Of a stretch of 64,000 nt of DNA, positions 15,140 to 29,880 are shown piece after piece. Each line of letters starts with the position of its first letter. The first letter of the stretch is position 1. The notes under the pieces are model-generated. The model saw nothing but the letters and a program-made list of their open reading frames with translations. It had not been told where the DNA came from and did no database searches. Where the stretch lies: contig OZ024740.1 of NCBI GenBank assembly GCA_964016885.1, positions 268,460,001 through 268,524,000 on the forward strand, in the 5' to 3' direction. Position numbers and translations under genes: made by a program. The stretch comes from Eledone cirrhosa. Lineage: Eukaryota.

Positions 15140-15362
15140 AATAATGGTTTCTGATTTAGGCACAAGGCCAACAATTCTTTGGGGAAATGGGAAGTCGATA
15201 AAATCGACCCCATTGCATTACTCGTATTTTATTTTATCGGCCCCATAAGGATGAAAGGCAAAGCTAACCTCGCCGGGATTTGAACTCAGAACGTAAATGG
15301 CCGTAAATCTATGCCGCTAAGCATTTCGCCCGACGCTCTACCAATTCTGCCAATCCATCGCT
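15140..15362 (-). mobile_element. tRNA-derived Meta-like SINE
   Basis: Same family core. Confidence 0.85.
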
Positions 15363-15574
15363 CTTCGTTTGAGGATAATAATAAGCATATACAAAACATT
15401 TTAACGTTGTAAAGAGAATTATTTACACAAATAATATGGAACTGCTAAATTAAAGTTTCAGAAAAAAATCAGAAGCATGAAAATTAAGTGATGGATTTAA
15501 CTGCTTCAGAAAGCATATGACAAAAAGGACTTAAAAGCGCTTTACATTCTTATAAATCAATTTTATGCCCCTTA

Positions 15575-15880
15575 ATGAAGACAAACAAATACCGGGGATT
15601 GTCCGGTCACTTCCTCTTCGCACCGGTCGCCGTCGAGACCTCAGGCCTGACCCCGTATTGGCGAACTCCTCTGCAAGATCAGAACGTTAGCAGCCCGTCT
15701 GATGAAGGAGCTCCGCGAGGTGGGGTGGGGGTTGCAGTGAAAATGCTTTTGCGGTCTTGTCCGCGGGGTGCAGCCCTAACATCATCACACCCTAGGCCCA
15801 GAGCCCCCCCTCCTTTCTCTGTGGCCCTAGTGTCCTTACTTTTCAACTCTTTTTCCATTCATTTATCGCGTTCATAGTCT
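15575..15880 (+). mobile_element. CRE-like RLE retrotransposon 3' fragment
   Basis: KYRGLSGHFLFAPVAVETSG; homologous to 75-400. Confidence 0.55.
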
Positions 15881-16882
15881 TTTCCTCTACTTTGCTATAC
15901 AGCCAGATCTTCCCTTCCTTACCCCTTACAGAAAGGTATACCATTTCTTATGCTAGTTCAAGACGACAAAACACTTACTAAAAATTCAAACAACATCCTT
16001 CAACGATGTTAAGACTATCTTGGTGATCAGCTAAATTGTTCACCAAACATTAATTGGCCCTTTTTAAAACTCATTCAACAGATTGCATTAAAACACTTTC
16101 TTAGTTATGTAATTTTATTGACATGACTTTTGACAGAATCATTTTGTAAATATATAGAGTATCTTTTTTTTAATAGCTGTAATTGTGATTTATTTTTATT
16201 CTTCTTTAACTGTTATTGTTAATATTACGACGCAGTAAACCAAACAAAAACCGATTAAAGAGCATTGTAACTATACATCATGCTATTAACGATCGAATAA
16301 TTGATTATCTTCGATCTTCAAGACATGAAACTGATACAGCTAGAAATTTTGAAATTTCACTTCCTGCTTGTACTTTTTCCAATACCTTATATAACGTTTC
16401 TTTCTTTTTCGTTCATTTCTTTTTCGGCAATATCATAACATTTATAAACCCCACCACCTATTGCTGGGATCGACTGCAATGTCAGGTATCCAATAACAAC
16501 ATTCTCTAAAGAATTGAAGCCGGTTGGTAAAGACACCAGTTGATAAATTAACTGTATGTGATTGTATTAACATAATTAATATAACTGGTGAAATATATTT
16601 CTTCAATGGAATATATACAAAGGAGTTTAATCATTGCAAGGTATTTATATTCAAAGTTCTTATTTAACTTTTAATATGTTACCTCCGTAACTATGTGTGG
16701 TTGCACTCTTTACAAATTATCCCTTGTAATTGTTTGATGTGTTTATTTTATTTATATATCATCCTACTTTTGATTTAATATAAAAGCTCGGATTTACTAC
16801 TTGAAATCTTTGAGCTTATTCCACAGGTGGTATGGTGCATGATTCTGATATTCTCAGACATGACATCCTTAATATAATGTTG

Positions 16883-16960
<78 letters not shown>

Positions 16961-17073
16961 AATCAGTTTCGACCTAAAATATCGAAACCACGATGACCTC
17001 CGGTCCGTTTTTCTGTTCTTTGACCACCGTTTTCCCTTCATTTTGTATATTCTAAGCCGTGTAGGTCACTTTT

Positions 17074-17157
<84 letters not shown>

Positions 17158-17160
17158 CAT

Positions 17161-17189
<29 letters not shown>

Positions 17190-17191
<2 letters not shown>

Positions 17192-17403
17192 AGTAGTTAC
17201 ACAACAGTTAGTTCACCATACCGAGAACAATTGTTTCACCTTAGCGGATCCTCAGCTCATAAGATTACAAGATGAGGATCCGCTAAGGTGAAACAATTGT
17301 TCTCGGTATGGTGAACTAACTGTTGTGTAACCACTTCTACCTAACTCGTCCCATGGACTGAGTGCTCTACCACTACGGATATTACCTTCCAGTGTTCTAC
17401 CAC
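17190..17403. mobile_element. Family C fold-back element with HHR (17223-17258, minus)
   Basis: GAG-CUGAGGA-uCCgcuaaGGu-GAA-ACAAUUGU-U-CUC; second copy at 30311-30462. Confidence 0.8.
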
Positions 17404-17503
17404 TATATATATATATATATACTAGCAGAAGTACCCGGTGTTGCCCAGGTGTAAGTCGACCTTTGCTCTGTTGTTAAAATGTGTGAAAGTTACTTCCCTC
17501 GCA

Positions 17504-17830
17504 TCACAGGTGCAACGTTGTTGTTGGGGTTACGCTGTTGTTGGTGCTGTTATTGTCTACACCAAAAGAGGTCATCATGAAACAAGAGTTGTATTTCCAC
17601 ATGTTACGGTGGAACGTTGTAGCCGTAGTGTCATAACCTGTAAGTAGATTCAGAAGAACGTCTGGCGGGTCAGCCAATGCCTCTAGTTGCACCTTACTTC
17701 CTGCGCAGCATATAGAAGGCGCGTCGCCTGGCCACTTTATTGCCTTGCAGGATGTACAGACATTATCCATTTTGCCAATGGAAACTGTAGGCAGAAGTCC
17801 GTAATCCCCAGAAGAGTTATATCTGAAGGC
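17504..17830 (-). pseudogene. Helitron Rep/helicase N-terminal Zn-finger fragment
   Basis: MDNVCTSCKAIKW...ICCAGSKVQL...FHRNMWKYNSCFMMTSFG resembles the CxxC..CC.GKV and IRxYNSxFxFTSxG motifs. Confidence 0.8.
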
Positions 17831-18489
17831 TGCTTTTACCCAGCCTGAGCTCTTGGCAGCAGTAGCTAATGTATACCGGGAACGTTTAGCAGCAAGCCTG
17901 TTGTCTCTGTCTACCGTGGACTCCTCCGCCAGCGCTTATTGGCGACGAAGGCGAACACCAGCAAGCCTTGTCGTACGGTATGTTGGTGACTCAACCAGGC
18001 GGGAAAGACGTCTATCAGCCAGTCAAGATTCGCGCTCAGCAGGTGTTTCCTAGAGAAAGTTAATTAATGCTACTGGTTAGCTAAGCCAAAGGCACTGTGC
18101 CAATAGTAATTGAGAAAAGTGTAATATGAACAAAAGGGAATCAAGGTAAGACAATAAATTTAATATAACTACGATTAGAATATTATAGTTGCTTAAAAGT
18201 GGTGACAGTTAGGATAAACGCAGTGCTTGCTAACATTAAGGGGGAATATTGCATAAAAGATTAACCAATTGTGAATGAACTCATACCTGAGAACGCCTAA
18301 TTCGTTGTCTCAAAGCAGTAGCTACATCTTTTTTGGAGGTAAGTCTTGAACGTTTCCGTGTGGGTATAACGGCGTGTAACGAAGCTCTTAGGTTAGAGAG
18401 GGGTGATTAAGTACAGAGAGAGGTGACACCAGATTCGCTAGTATGGTTACTGGTGAATGGGAAGGTTTGGAAATATGATTATAATAACT

Positions 18490-18749
18490 TACAGAATTTT
18501 CCGGACTATAAAGTGCACTTAAAATACCTAAATTTCATAAAAAAACAGCTCTGCGCTTTATACTCTGGTGAGCCTTATGTATAAATAATACAATGGCAAT
18601 CAATCACGGTTCTAACAGAAGTAATAGATCTAGACTAAAAGTAAAGAAGATAGCATTTTCCTGGTTGGCCTTACACGCCGTTGCGCGGACCTGATTTTAA
18701 ATGATACGCCTTACATCCCGGTGAGCCTTATAGAGCGGAAAATACTGTA
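18490..18749. mobile_element. Tc1/pogo-like MITE nested in the Helitron
   Basis: TIRs TA-CAGAATTTTCCGGACTATAA / TTATAGAGCGGAAAATACTG-TA. Confidence 0.65.
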
Positions 18750-20395
18750 TCTATTGGAAAAGAATACGAATTCATGACCAAGGTGTGACACAATTGGCGT
18801 CTATACAGTGGCTGAAACAAACTTGTCCAAACCCCTGGGATCTTTCTCGTTAAGTATCCACCCAAAAGGACCGTTTCTTAGTTACAAAAAATAACCAAAG
18901 TGAATAGTATCTATATTTCTGACATATCATGCCAAAAAGAACAATATATTCAAAATATTTTCTAAAGTACATTCAATCTCTCTTTTTGACCGATGTCTTA
19001 ATAAGCAAATTATCGATTTTTTATTAGCTGTCAGTGTTTATCTGCATGCAGGTGTGTACGTGTGCGCAATCAATTGCACTGCATGCAGATGGTCTATGAC
19101 AACTAATTAAAAAATTAAAGAACAATAGCAATTTGCAAATACGCTCATAACATTTAGTCGTAAACAGAACAAAAAATGCCATTAGAGGTAGGCTAATAAT
19201 GGAAAACACACAAACCCTGGTGAACTTACGTTTAAAAACCCGAAAACTTACTTACTGTGCAAAAGGCTGTGACAGTAGTGCTATGAATTAAGTAATTTTT
19301 TAGAACCTTTTGTTTAAAAAAGGAAAAAATTGGTACGGACGTAGCAATTTTTACAACTTTGTATGTGTCCAATACAACTTGGTCAAAGTATTATTTAGTA
19401 AATTTTTTTCAAAAAGCATGATTATTTAAGACTGTTTGAAAATTTACTCACCGCTTTTAGCTTTTGGCATCACAAAAGACACCATTAAATTTGGTTTCCT
19501 TTCAGATAGGGATAGTACTGTATTTGCACTTGAATAAGGGGGAATATGAAAAGTTTAACGCTAAGATGTCGACAATCCCCTAGTCCCAATGGGGATTTTT
19601 AAATTTAAGGAAGGCGAAAAATGAATTAAATTTAACTGAAATGGCATGCAAGTAGTCTAAATAAATAAGCACTAACTCACCAATAAGTAAGTGGGCAAAT
19701 TCTGTAAAGGTCCGTTTAGTGAGACAGCCGGATTTATTGTTGCTCACAAAAAGCGAATACACACAAAGAGAAAAAGGCGGTTCGCACGTGCGTGCATACC
19801 TGTTTGTGTATCTATCGTTGAGAAAACATACTGCTCGTGGTATAGACAATCAATAACGCGCGTGAGTCACAGTGTATGCGTGCTTATATGGGCATATGAA
19901 ATTGATTTTGATTGTACAATTATTTAAGAATTAAGAATTCTACTCAAAGAACCCTGAATATCTGTTTGTAAAGCCTTCCATTTTCCCTTAAAGAAAGGCG
20001 TAGATTTGCATATTTCCACAATATTGCGCCATTGATAATTAAACTATGAATAATTGTCTGCGCTAACTCTTAAAGGTCTCATTTAACGCATGATTTATGA
20101 GTTTAAAAAAACTTTCTGAATTTTTGCAGCCTTGGAGTAACTCCTAGTGGATCTATTATTGTGGTAATATAAAATTTCATTGAAATCGGACGAATTCTGA
20201 AAATATGGATTTTTGGCTTCTGGGGACCCGATTATCGATTTTTCGAAAATATTAAGTAGCCTATTCCAATCTACGGGTCGAGTTTTATATATGTGTCAAG
20301 TTTCATGAAAATCGGATGAACGGTGTAGCTTGCAAGTTCGGGACACAAAACAAACAAACAAACAACGCCCAACTTCACTTTATATATATATATAT

Positions 20396-20915
20396 ATTAG
20401 GATTGATGCTCTGAAATAGCGATGTATACAGGAATGTATGTATAGTATATATGGCAATATACCGTATGTTTAATTGAAAACATTTTGAAGACCTTGCGCT
20501 ATTGTTTTAAAGTAGTGACTATGTCACTTCTTTTTTCGGCAAAGGAAGGGAGAGAAGCTGACAGATTCTGTTTCACACTGTTGGTGTTCCTCAGAGCAAC
20601 ATACTCCCTGCCTCTGCCGAAAATTATAGAGGCTGGATTCTTATAGAATTCCAGTAATAATCAGGAACTGATTATACAGAGCGATTGCCCGTCCAGCAAA
20701 GATTAAAAATTAGGATTAGTGCTCTGCAATCGCGATGTATACATCAATGTATGTATAGTATATTTGGCAATATACCGTATCTTTAATTAAAAACATTTTG
20801 AAGACCTTGCGCTATTAAAAATTTTTTTAATTAAACATAGGTAAACATTTTTTTAATTAAACATAGGTATATAATTAAACATAGGTATATAAAAATGTTT
20901 TTAAGTAAACATAGG
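20396..20915 (-). mobile_element. Retrozyme-like partial tandem (unit about 313 bp) with intact HHR at 20557-20597
   Basis: 20396-20503 repeated at 20709-20816; GCU-CUGAGGA-ACACcaacaGUGU-GAA-ACAGAaUCUGU-C-AGC (GUC site). Confidence 0.8.
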
Positions 20916-21561
<646 letters not shown>

Positions 21562-21689
21562 AATGTGGTGTGCTCATGCGCGGAGATCACATTGACTGAA
21601 ACGTACATATTTAATTAAGTTAATAAAACCACATACACTAAATTTATCATCTGCTGTCTATACAAACCGGTTTCGAGATAACTCAGCCT

Positions 21690-22334
21690 TTTACTATAAA
21701 CATAACATTGTTATTGCACACGTGCTTTTTCTCCATAATTTTGGTTTTCGTTTCTTCCTCTTCCCACATCCCTCTATCTTTCTATTTCTTCTTTCATACC
21801 TCATTCTAACTTCTGATGAAGAACTAGCGTCCAAAACGTTATGACTCTTTTTCTACTATATCAAGCGTTAAACAGATATGTATCTTCGTTGAAGAGTATT
21901 ATTTGCTTTGCTATTTTTCGTTTCATTTTTATTCACTTATATATGCATGTGTACATAACACATGCTTATGCACGTGCATACGTATAGCTCTTTTTACAAA
22001 AGTTTTTTTTTTTCCATTTCAGGTAAACGCGCTCCATCATCCACTTTTCTAAAAAATAAATAATACACAAAACTCCAGCACCAACAGTTTTGCAAGAGAT
22101 GTCAACATGAATGGACCTGTTATTTTTATCTAAAGACATTTTTTCCAATTCCATCCCGCCCGTCCCCTCAATCTATCTTATTTCTCATTCTTTCTTCTGA
22201 TGAAGGACTAGCGTCCGAAACGTTAAGAGCCTCTCCCTGCTATATCAAGCGTTAACCTAATATATCCCTTCCATATACTGTACCGATTGTGTTTCTGTTA
22301 TTTATGTTTACCTTTTACACACACACACACACAC

Positions 22335-22389
<55 letters not shown>

Positions 22390-22434
22390 AAAGGTAAACA
22401 GAAATAACAATACAATCGGTACAGTATATGGAAG

Positions 22435-22440
<6 letters not shown>
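21690..22440 (+). mobile_element. Two related PLE-terminus-like units with minimal HHRs (21808-21847 degenerate; 22192-22229 intact)
   Basis: UUCUU-CUGAUGA-aGGACuagcGUCC-GAAACGUU-AAGAG. Confidence 0.7.
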
Positions 22441-22528
<88 letters not shown>

Positions 22529-22640
22529 ATATATATATTATATATATATATATATTATATATATATATATTATATATATATATATATATTATAAATATAT
22601 ATATATATTATATAGATATATATATATTATAAATATATAT

Positions 22641-22688
<48 letters not shown>

Positions 22689-22734
22689 ATATATATATTA
22701 TATATATATATATATAATATATATATATACATAT

Positions 22735-22821
<87 letters not shown>

Positions 22822-22867
22822 ATATATATATTATATATATATATATATAATATATATATATACATAT

Positions 22868-22977
<110 letters not shown>

Positions 22978-24202
22978 AACACTATGTGAGTAATGACATA
23001 TATATGTATTTCAAGAAAGATATTTTTATAATAGGCTCAAACATTTTCGCAATTTTCTTTATTGATTCATTATCTAATGCTAGCAGCAATGTGAATAAAA
23101 ACATGTTGAAAAATTGTGAACATCTTTAAAAATGTGTGCTGGGTAAACAAAAGCGCTTAGATGAATTTTTATGGGCGTGAACTACATAAAATTATGTTTT
23201 GGTCAATTTATATAACCATCATTTTAATCGATATATTTGAACGGAATAAATATATATTTATTTATCTACGATTCATGTTTATAAACCATTTTTTTCAATG
23301 GAATTTCTCTAGCTAATGATTAAGTATATTATGCAGACTTGCCAGTCTCCAAAAACTCAAACGTTAAGTACCATGAAAAAAAGTGCCCCAAAACGGGGAG
23401 ATTTTACATGATGAAAGCTATACCCATTACTCACAAGAGAAGACATCTCTCACCCACCCCAAAATGGGTCAGAGATCTCCCCGTCCGTCGGAGAGAGTTG
23501 GTGGGTCTGATATTATGTTTAGTCGATGACCTATTGTAGTAAATATGATTACATTTTCCAGATTCGTCCACGAACAGTAATAAGGCATAAAAAAAAACCT
23601 AAAGAAAAATATTCGTGTGTGTGTGTTTACGCGTGTGTATTTGCGTGGGGGGGGGGGGGGGCAGTGTTTCTGTGTTTCATGTAGATATAAGAAAGAAAAG
23701 GAAATTCTCTCTTCGATATTTAAAGGAATTTTAGATAAATTGATTATAATAATTTCTGACATATATTGAGGACCAAATTTGGAACAATGAAGGGGATATC
23801 AGCCCAAGTACTTAACTGATACATTACTATATCGGCAACGAAAGTTATAGTTGGTAACTGCTGTACTTGAATGCAGGTATTAAAGAACCGGAACAAATAC
23901 ACCAAAGAATGTTCACTAGCGCTTTAATATTTCTATAAATCGTAGCGCTACCGAAGAAACTAAAAGATTACATATATATATAAGTATATAGAATGATGTG
24001 CTCAAGCTCAGAGATGCCCTAAAAATAGCTTTTGAAATAGGGTGAAGACCTTTAAAAGACGGAAAAAGAAGTTGCCGTCGCGGCTGATTCGAGTTGGTAC
24101 ATTGTCTTTTAAAATATTACATTCCAATTTTAAATCATATTCTTGATGTTATTGTTGCTTATTTTCCTCAGGTCAGGCCTGCCTAGGTAGACCTTTGATA
24201 AA

Positions 24203-24569
24203 TACCGTATTTCCCGGCGCTGAAGACGCTTCGTCCTCGAGGACGCACCCTAATTTTGACAACTAAAAATTAAAAAAAAAAAATAATTGTTTCTACTTTA
24301 GGCACAAGGCCAGCAATTACCCAGTGCATTACTGGTACTTTTATTTTATCGACCCCGTAAGGATGAAAGGCAAAGTCAACCTCGGCGGGATTTGAACTCA
24401 GATCGTAAAGGGACGTAACTATGCTGGAAAGCATGGCGTCCGACCCTCTACCGATACTGCCAATCCACAAAAAAAATAATAAACAACCCTCGGCCTCCAG
24501 GACACATGGTAGATATTTTAGACTTATTTTAGGAAAAAAGTAGCGTCTTCGACGCCGGGAAATACGGTT
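24203..24569. mobile_element. pogo/Tigger-like MITE with nested SINE
   Basis: TIRs CCGTATTTCCCGGCGCTGAAGACGCT / AGCGTCTTCGACGCCGGGAAATACGG. Confidence 0.75.
24284..24468 (-). mobile_element. tRNA-derived Meta-like SINE
   Basis: Same family core. Confidence 0.85.
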
Positions 24570-24753
24570 GGTTTTATTCGACAGCTACCGTGCCCCCCCC
24601 CCCCCTCCGCCCCCCCCCCCCCCCCCTCCGTCCCCCCCCCCCCCCCCCCTCCCAGAATAATGAGATCCCATGATTGCATTACCTAATGTATGTTTCCCAT
24701 TATGGTGTGATTTGAAGATGTCATTATTTAACAAGTCGAGTTGCCACTTAGAA

Positions 24754-24987
24754 CAGTAGTTTTCAAACTTTTCTCTACAAAAGATCCATTTTATTTGAAT
24801 GAATTTTCACTCAGAACCTCGCTACAATTACACATCTCTCAGGTTGTTATATTATGATAATAACAATGAAACGAGGGAAAAGTTTATACTTATTGAACAA
24901 TGGACACGCAATCGCATGTTCATATGTTTATAACAAAGTACGAACCTTCAATACAATCTTTGCAAATACCAGGTTGTGAACCACTAA
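24754..24987. mobile_element. Degenerate hAT/Charlie-like MITE
   Basis: CAGTAGTTTTCAAAC ... GGTTGTGAACCACTA. Confidence 0.4.
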
Positions 24988-26092
24988 CATAAAGGCTCTT
25001 CTTTTGTAACTAATGAGATGGACGAAGCCTCCGAGAGCGAAATGTCTTTTCCGTGGAAACATGATACAGTTTCCATGATAGTATATTAATCTATTTACTC
25101 AATAATTGCTAATAAACAGTAGCGATTCTTGGAGTAAATAGAAGATGAAGGAACCTGTTAACATGAGTCAAAGATATGATTTCATATGTGTAACCTTTCT
25201 GTACCCTTTCAACTCTACGACAATAATCAAATTCATTAGATTAATGTAGAAAAACCCCATAGATTGTGTTAGTGCTACTGAACCAAATAGTATTTCTATA
25301 GATCGCTGGTAGAAACTGTGTTGTTTATTGCTGTGTCAGTTGCTTTTATTCATGTCGTTTATTTACTCAACAGATAATGACATCAAGTCCATTCTCTTTA
25401 ATCGTTCAGCATATTCTAAAGAGCTTTTCTGAATAGTGTGTAACTATTATTTGCTGTGTCCATCCATTAGCTGATAAATAAATAACGGTATTCAACAATG
25501 AGTGTGTATGTGTGAGTGTGTACGTGTACGTGTGTGTGTGTGTTCGTGTATGTGTGTATGCGTGAGTGTGTACGTGTGTGTGTGTGTATGCGTGAGTGTG
25601 TACGTGTGTGTGTGTATGCGTGAGTGTGTACGTGTGTGTAAGTGTGTATGCGTGAGTGTATACGAGTATGTGTGTGTGTGAACGTGTGTAAAGAAAACAC
25701 ATACACACACATATCTACTTTTCCCACCACGCCAACCCACACCATTTTCTCTCTTTTATTCATTCTCTCACAGAGAAGTGTTCACCTAGTTTTACATAAA
25801 AGAATATTAGGTGTGCAACTCTTCAAGGTTGTATTGATGATGCAGATGTATTTTACTGAGTAACGAAAATTAACTTGTACGCGATCTATACAAACAATAC
25901 GTACTGCATTGTCAAATAAGAGTAAATGCACAACACATTTATACATACACCCATACAGAGTTTCACACGCATGCCAACTACTTATGATTAGGCGTATATA
26001 TATATATACTCACGCATACACACATATACATATGCATAGATATGTACGTATTTATATGTATGTATATATATATATATATATATATAAATATA

Positions 26093-26160
<68 letters not shown>

Positions 26161-26274
26161 TGCATATATATATATATGCATATATATGCATATATATACA
26201 TATATACATATATACATATATGCATATATATATATATGCATATATATGCATATATATATATATATGCATATATA

Positions 26275-26329
<55 letters not shown>

Positions 26330-26678
26330 ACATATATAGTATTAAATAGATCGAAGGCCATATATATGTATGTATTTATTTATATACACGCATATGTATT
26401 TCTATGTGTGTGTGTGCGTGCATCATGTGTGTGTCTATGTGTAAAAAGTAGTCCTACATATATTTGATTTTATATGAACCCATTAGTATTAATTGCTAGT
26501 AGCCAATGGATTACATTACTGGGACAGGAAGCTGTTTCTGGTTTATTTAGAGCTCCCTTTTGACACAAATATACATGTGTGTTTGTTAGTGCATGTTATC
26601 TGCGTGCCTGTATGCCTGTCTGTCTGTAGACGGGCATACACACAGACTATATATATATATACATACACACACACACAC

Positions 26679-26903
<225 letters not shown>

Positions 26904-26942
26904 TATATATATATACGTTTATATATATATACGTTTATATAC

Positions 26943-27651
26943 GTTTATTTCATTAATAGCTAACTTTGTCTGTTGCAATGCAAACACGTTTTGTGTTTAT
27001 CATATATTTTAATGTATTTAACTGCTCGGAAATGCCCCTTTTCTTGGAGCTGAATTATTGTAAACGACTGAGAGTTTATTCTCAAAATATAATATAGTAT
27101 ATTGCTCCTTAACTGTAGAGCTGATCTTTAATCCCGCATAAACGGCTGTTATTTCTAGCACCGGGAATGCGGGACGGCTAATTTGGCCTGGCTGCACACG
27201 TGTAGTCAGACCTGCTAAATTTTTGATGTGGAATATACTAATTTTACTGGGTTCCTGTTGATAAGCACAGAAGATATGGATATTTCACTTTTTATTTCAA
27301 TTCCATTTCGATTCTCTTTATTTTTCAATTCACGTACCTCCGTTGCGAAACATATTTAGGTTTCGAGGTTCAAATTCATCTACGGAGCAGGTTTGGATTT
27401 TGAAATTTAAATTTGTCCAGGAACCATGGCCTTTGCCAATATAAGCTTGTCTTTATTGACTTATATCGAGACAGACAAATTGTATTCACTTTAATTAGTT
27501 TATTTCATTAATAGCTAACTTTGTCTTTTGCAATGCAAACACGTTTTGTGTTTATCATATATTTTAATGTATTTAACTGCTCGGAAATGCCCCTTTTCTT
27601 GGAGCTGAATTATTGTAAACGACTGAGAGTTTATTCTCAAAATATAATATA

Positions 27652-27655
<4 letters not shown>
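26943..27655 (+). mobile_element. Partial-tandem element (about 155-bp direct repeats) with U3-A8 long-stem-II HHR at 27254-27360
   Basis: 26943-27100 repeated at 27500-27655; CCUG-UUGAUAA-GCA...UGC-GAAACAUAUU-UAGG. Confidence 0.65.
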
Positions 27656-27713
<58 letters not shown>

Positions 27714-27714
27714 T

Positions 27715-28010
27715 ACGTTTTTGGTATTTGTTTCGCAATTTTCTTATGTGAAAACGTGTGTTGAAACAGATTGTTATACTTTGGATGGGTCCAGCTGCCA
27801 ACAAAGACACATGCACCTGTCGGGTTTCACTTCTATTTATTATAAACTCCCCGTCGGTTAACATAATAACTAGATGGTTGTTTGGTTGTTGTTTTTTGTG
27901 AAGACGTTTTCGTCACACATTTTATGACCTCCTCTGTGACTAATTTTGTAGTTATTTTGTGCCTCTCCTATCTTCCGTCCTACACCATCTTGTTATTGTG
28001 AACTGTGTGC
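27715..28010 (-). mobile_element. Family E diverged copy
   Basis: Homology to 21048 and 35670 elements. Confidence 0.6.
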
Positions 28011-28114
28011 TTTGGTTGCGCTTGCGTTATATCCGGATTTATCAACTTTAATATAATTATTTGTTTATTTATTTTCTTGTCACTAGTTGGTTACTTGTTC
28101 TATATCTGTGTGTC

Positions 28115-28282
28115 TGGTATAGTCGGACGCCATGCTTTCTAGCATAGTTACGTCCCTTTACGATCTGAGTTCAAATCTCGCCGAGGTTAACTTTGCCTTT
28201 CATCCTTACGGGGTTGATAAAATAAAGTACCAGTAATGTACTGGGTAATTGCTGGCCTTGTGCCAAATGTAGAAACAATTAT
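28115..28282 (+). mobile_element. tRNA-derived Meta-like SINE, 5' truncated
   Basis: Same family core. Confidence 0.85.
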
Positions 28283-29604
28283 TAGTTTAGTTCTTGTGCG
28301 TCTTTGTATGTCTTTATCTTTTCCCTAGTTACTGGTTGTGAGGTTGTTGCTATTCCCCTCATGTTTTTTCTATTTAGTTTTTGGTTGGAGTTCGTTTACA
28401 TTTGTCGCTTCTGTAATCTGTCGGGCATTGCGTTTGTTCTGTGTGTGGATATGATTTTCATATGGATGTTTTCTAGTATGCCCCCATGTTCCATTCTGTC
28501 ATGTTGGTTGAGTAGTGATGAGTTTTTCCCCAACTTGGAGTTCACGCCAGTGTCCTTTTATCCTTTTTTCCTATATTACAGGCCTTCTCACCTATGTATG
28601 TCATGTTCATATTGCTACACTGTCATGCCATACATCTTATGCTATATACTACGTTCCTAATTTTACAGTTAATTTGTGACCTTAATACGCAGATTATACA
28701 TTTTTTTTTTTATCAGTGCTGGTTTTTTTCTCAAAAGGGTATGTTCTACTAATTAGAGTTTTTTTAATAGGAATAGGAGGTTTTCTACTTTTTTAATATC
28801 AAAGTTTGTCTAGGGTCCTTCTAAAGCTGTAAGCTAGTTCGCCTTTGCCGATTGCATTTATGAACATTACACTCTGGTGTTTTCTGCTGTCATACCATTT
28901 TAAAACAGCATATTAAGAACATTAGTAATCAAAGCCGGCCAAATATGTGTGATCTATTTTGGGGTTAAGGACATACATACATGATGATGATGGCTGCCCT
29001 CTCGTTATCGAGTATAACCATTGCTAGATATAACATTATTAATAATTATCATTTAATGCTATCGTGCAATGCCTGTGCGTGAAGAATTTTTTAAAGTGAG
29101 GAAAGACTGTGCACTGAGCCAATCCCATTCTCTGAGTGACAGTAGCTATAACCCGAAAAGAAGAAAATCTCAACATAATCAGTAACTACTGAGCCGCAGG
29201 TTTTATGTCGGAGTTATCCCAGTTTCCTGAGTTGCCTTCTCCTAGAAGAATGCTCTGACAAAAGCTAAGAGTCCTTCACTCCCAGTGGTTTAACAGCGCG
29301 ATCGGATATCTAGCCCGATTATTTCTATGTCCCTGCACATATATACACATATGTATACATGTATATACATATATACACATATATACATATGTATATACAT
29401 ATTTACACATTTTTGGATGGCCGTTGACACTTATGAGTTCTTTGTCAGGTTCTGTTTTTTGTCCTGCATGATCTCCAAAATCACCCTCCTCACCAAGCAA
29501 GCTTGGCGAGGTTGCCGGTTTAGTCGTCAACAACTCGACCATGTGACAGGTTGTACTGGGTTACATGTTACCAGTAGCACTCAAGAGTGACCCGACATGC
29601 ATAC

Positions 29605-29880
29605 ATACATAATGAGAAATCTGCAGATACTCCACCTTGATTTTACCTTCAGATTTATGCCTGTGATTATTGGGGCACTGGGATATGTTAGTAACTGCCT
29701 CAATACAAATGTTGAGAAGCTGTGCTTTACAGGAACAGAAAGAACACAACTAGTTAGGAAATTACAAGTACAATCCATTAATGGAACAGTAAAAATATGT
29801 AAAACATTCCAAAGATACAACTCAAAACATACACATACAACTTAAAACATACACATTCACACATACAATAACATCCATAC
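29605..29880 (+). mobile_element. R4/NeSL-like RLE retrotransposon C-terminal fragment
   Basis: MPVIIGALGYV...LQVQSINGTVKICKTF matches the RLE C-terminal pattern PviiGalG..lQk..l.gT..I. Confidence 0.6.

Larger units (their letters stand above)
17422..20390 (-). mobile_element. Internally deleted Helitron
   Basis: Minus-strand 3' end has hairpin CCTGGGCAACACCGGG then CTAG|T; 5' end TATATAAAGTGAAG..(TTTG)n; carries a RepHel fragment. Confidence 0.8.

Noticed and set aside
29130-29300. Possible RTE 5' UTR or HDV-like ribozyme on the minus strand
   Set aside because: Resembles RTE leader motifs from memory only; the nested double pseudoknot could not be folded
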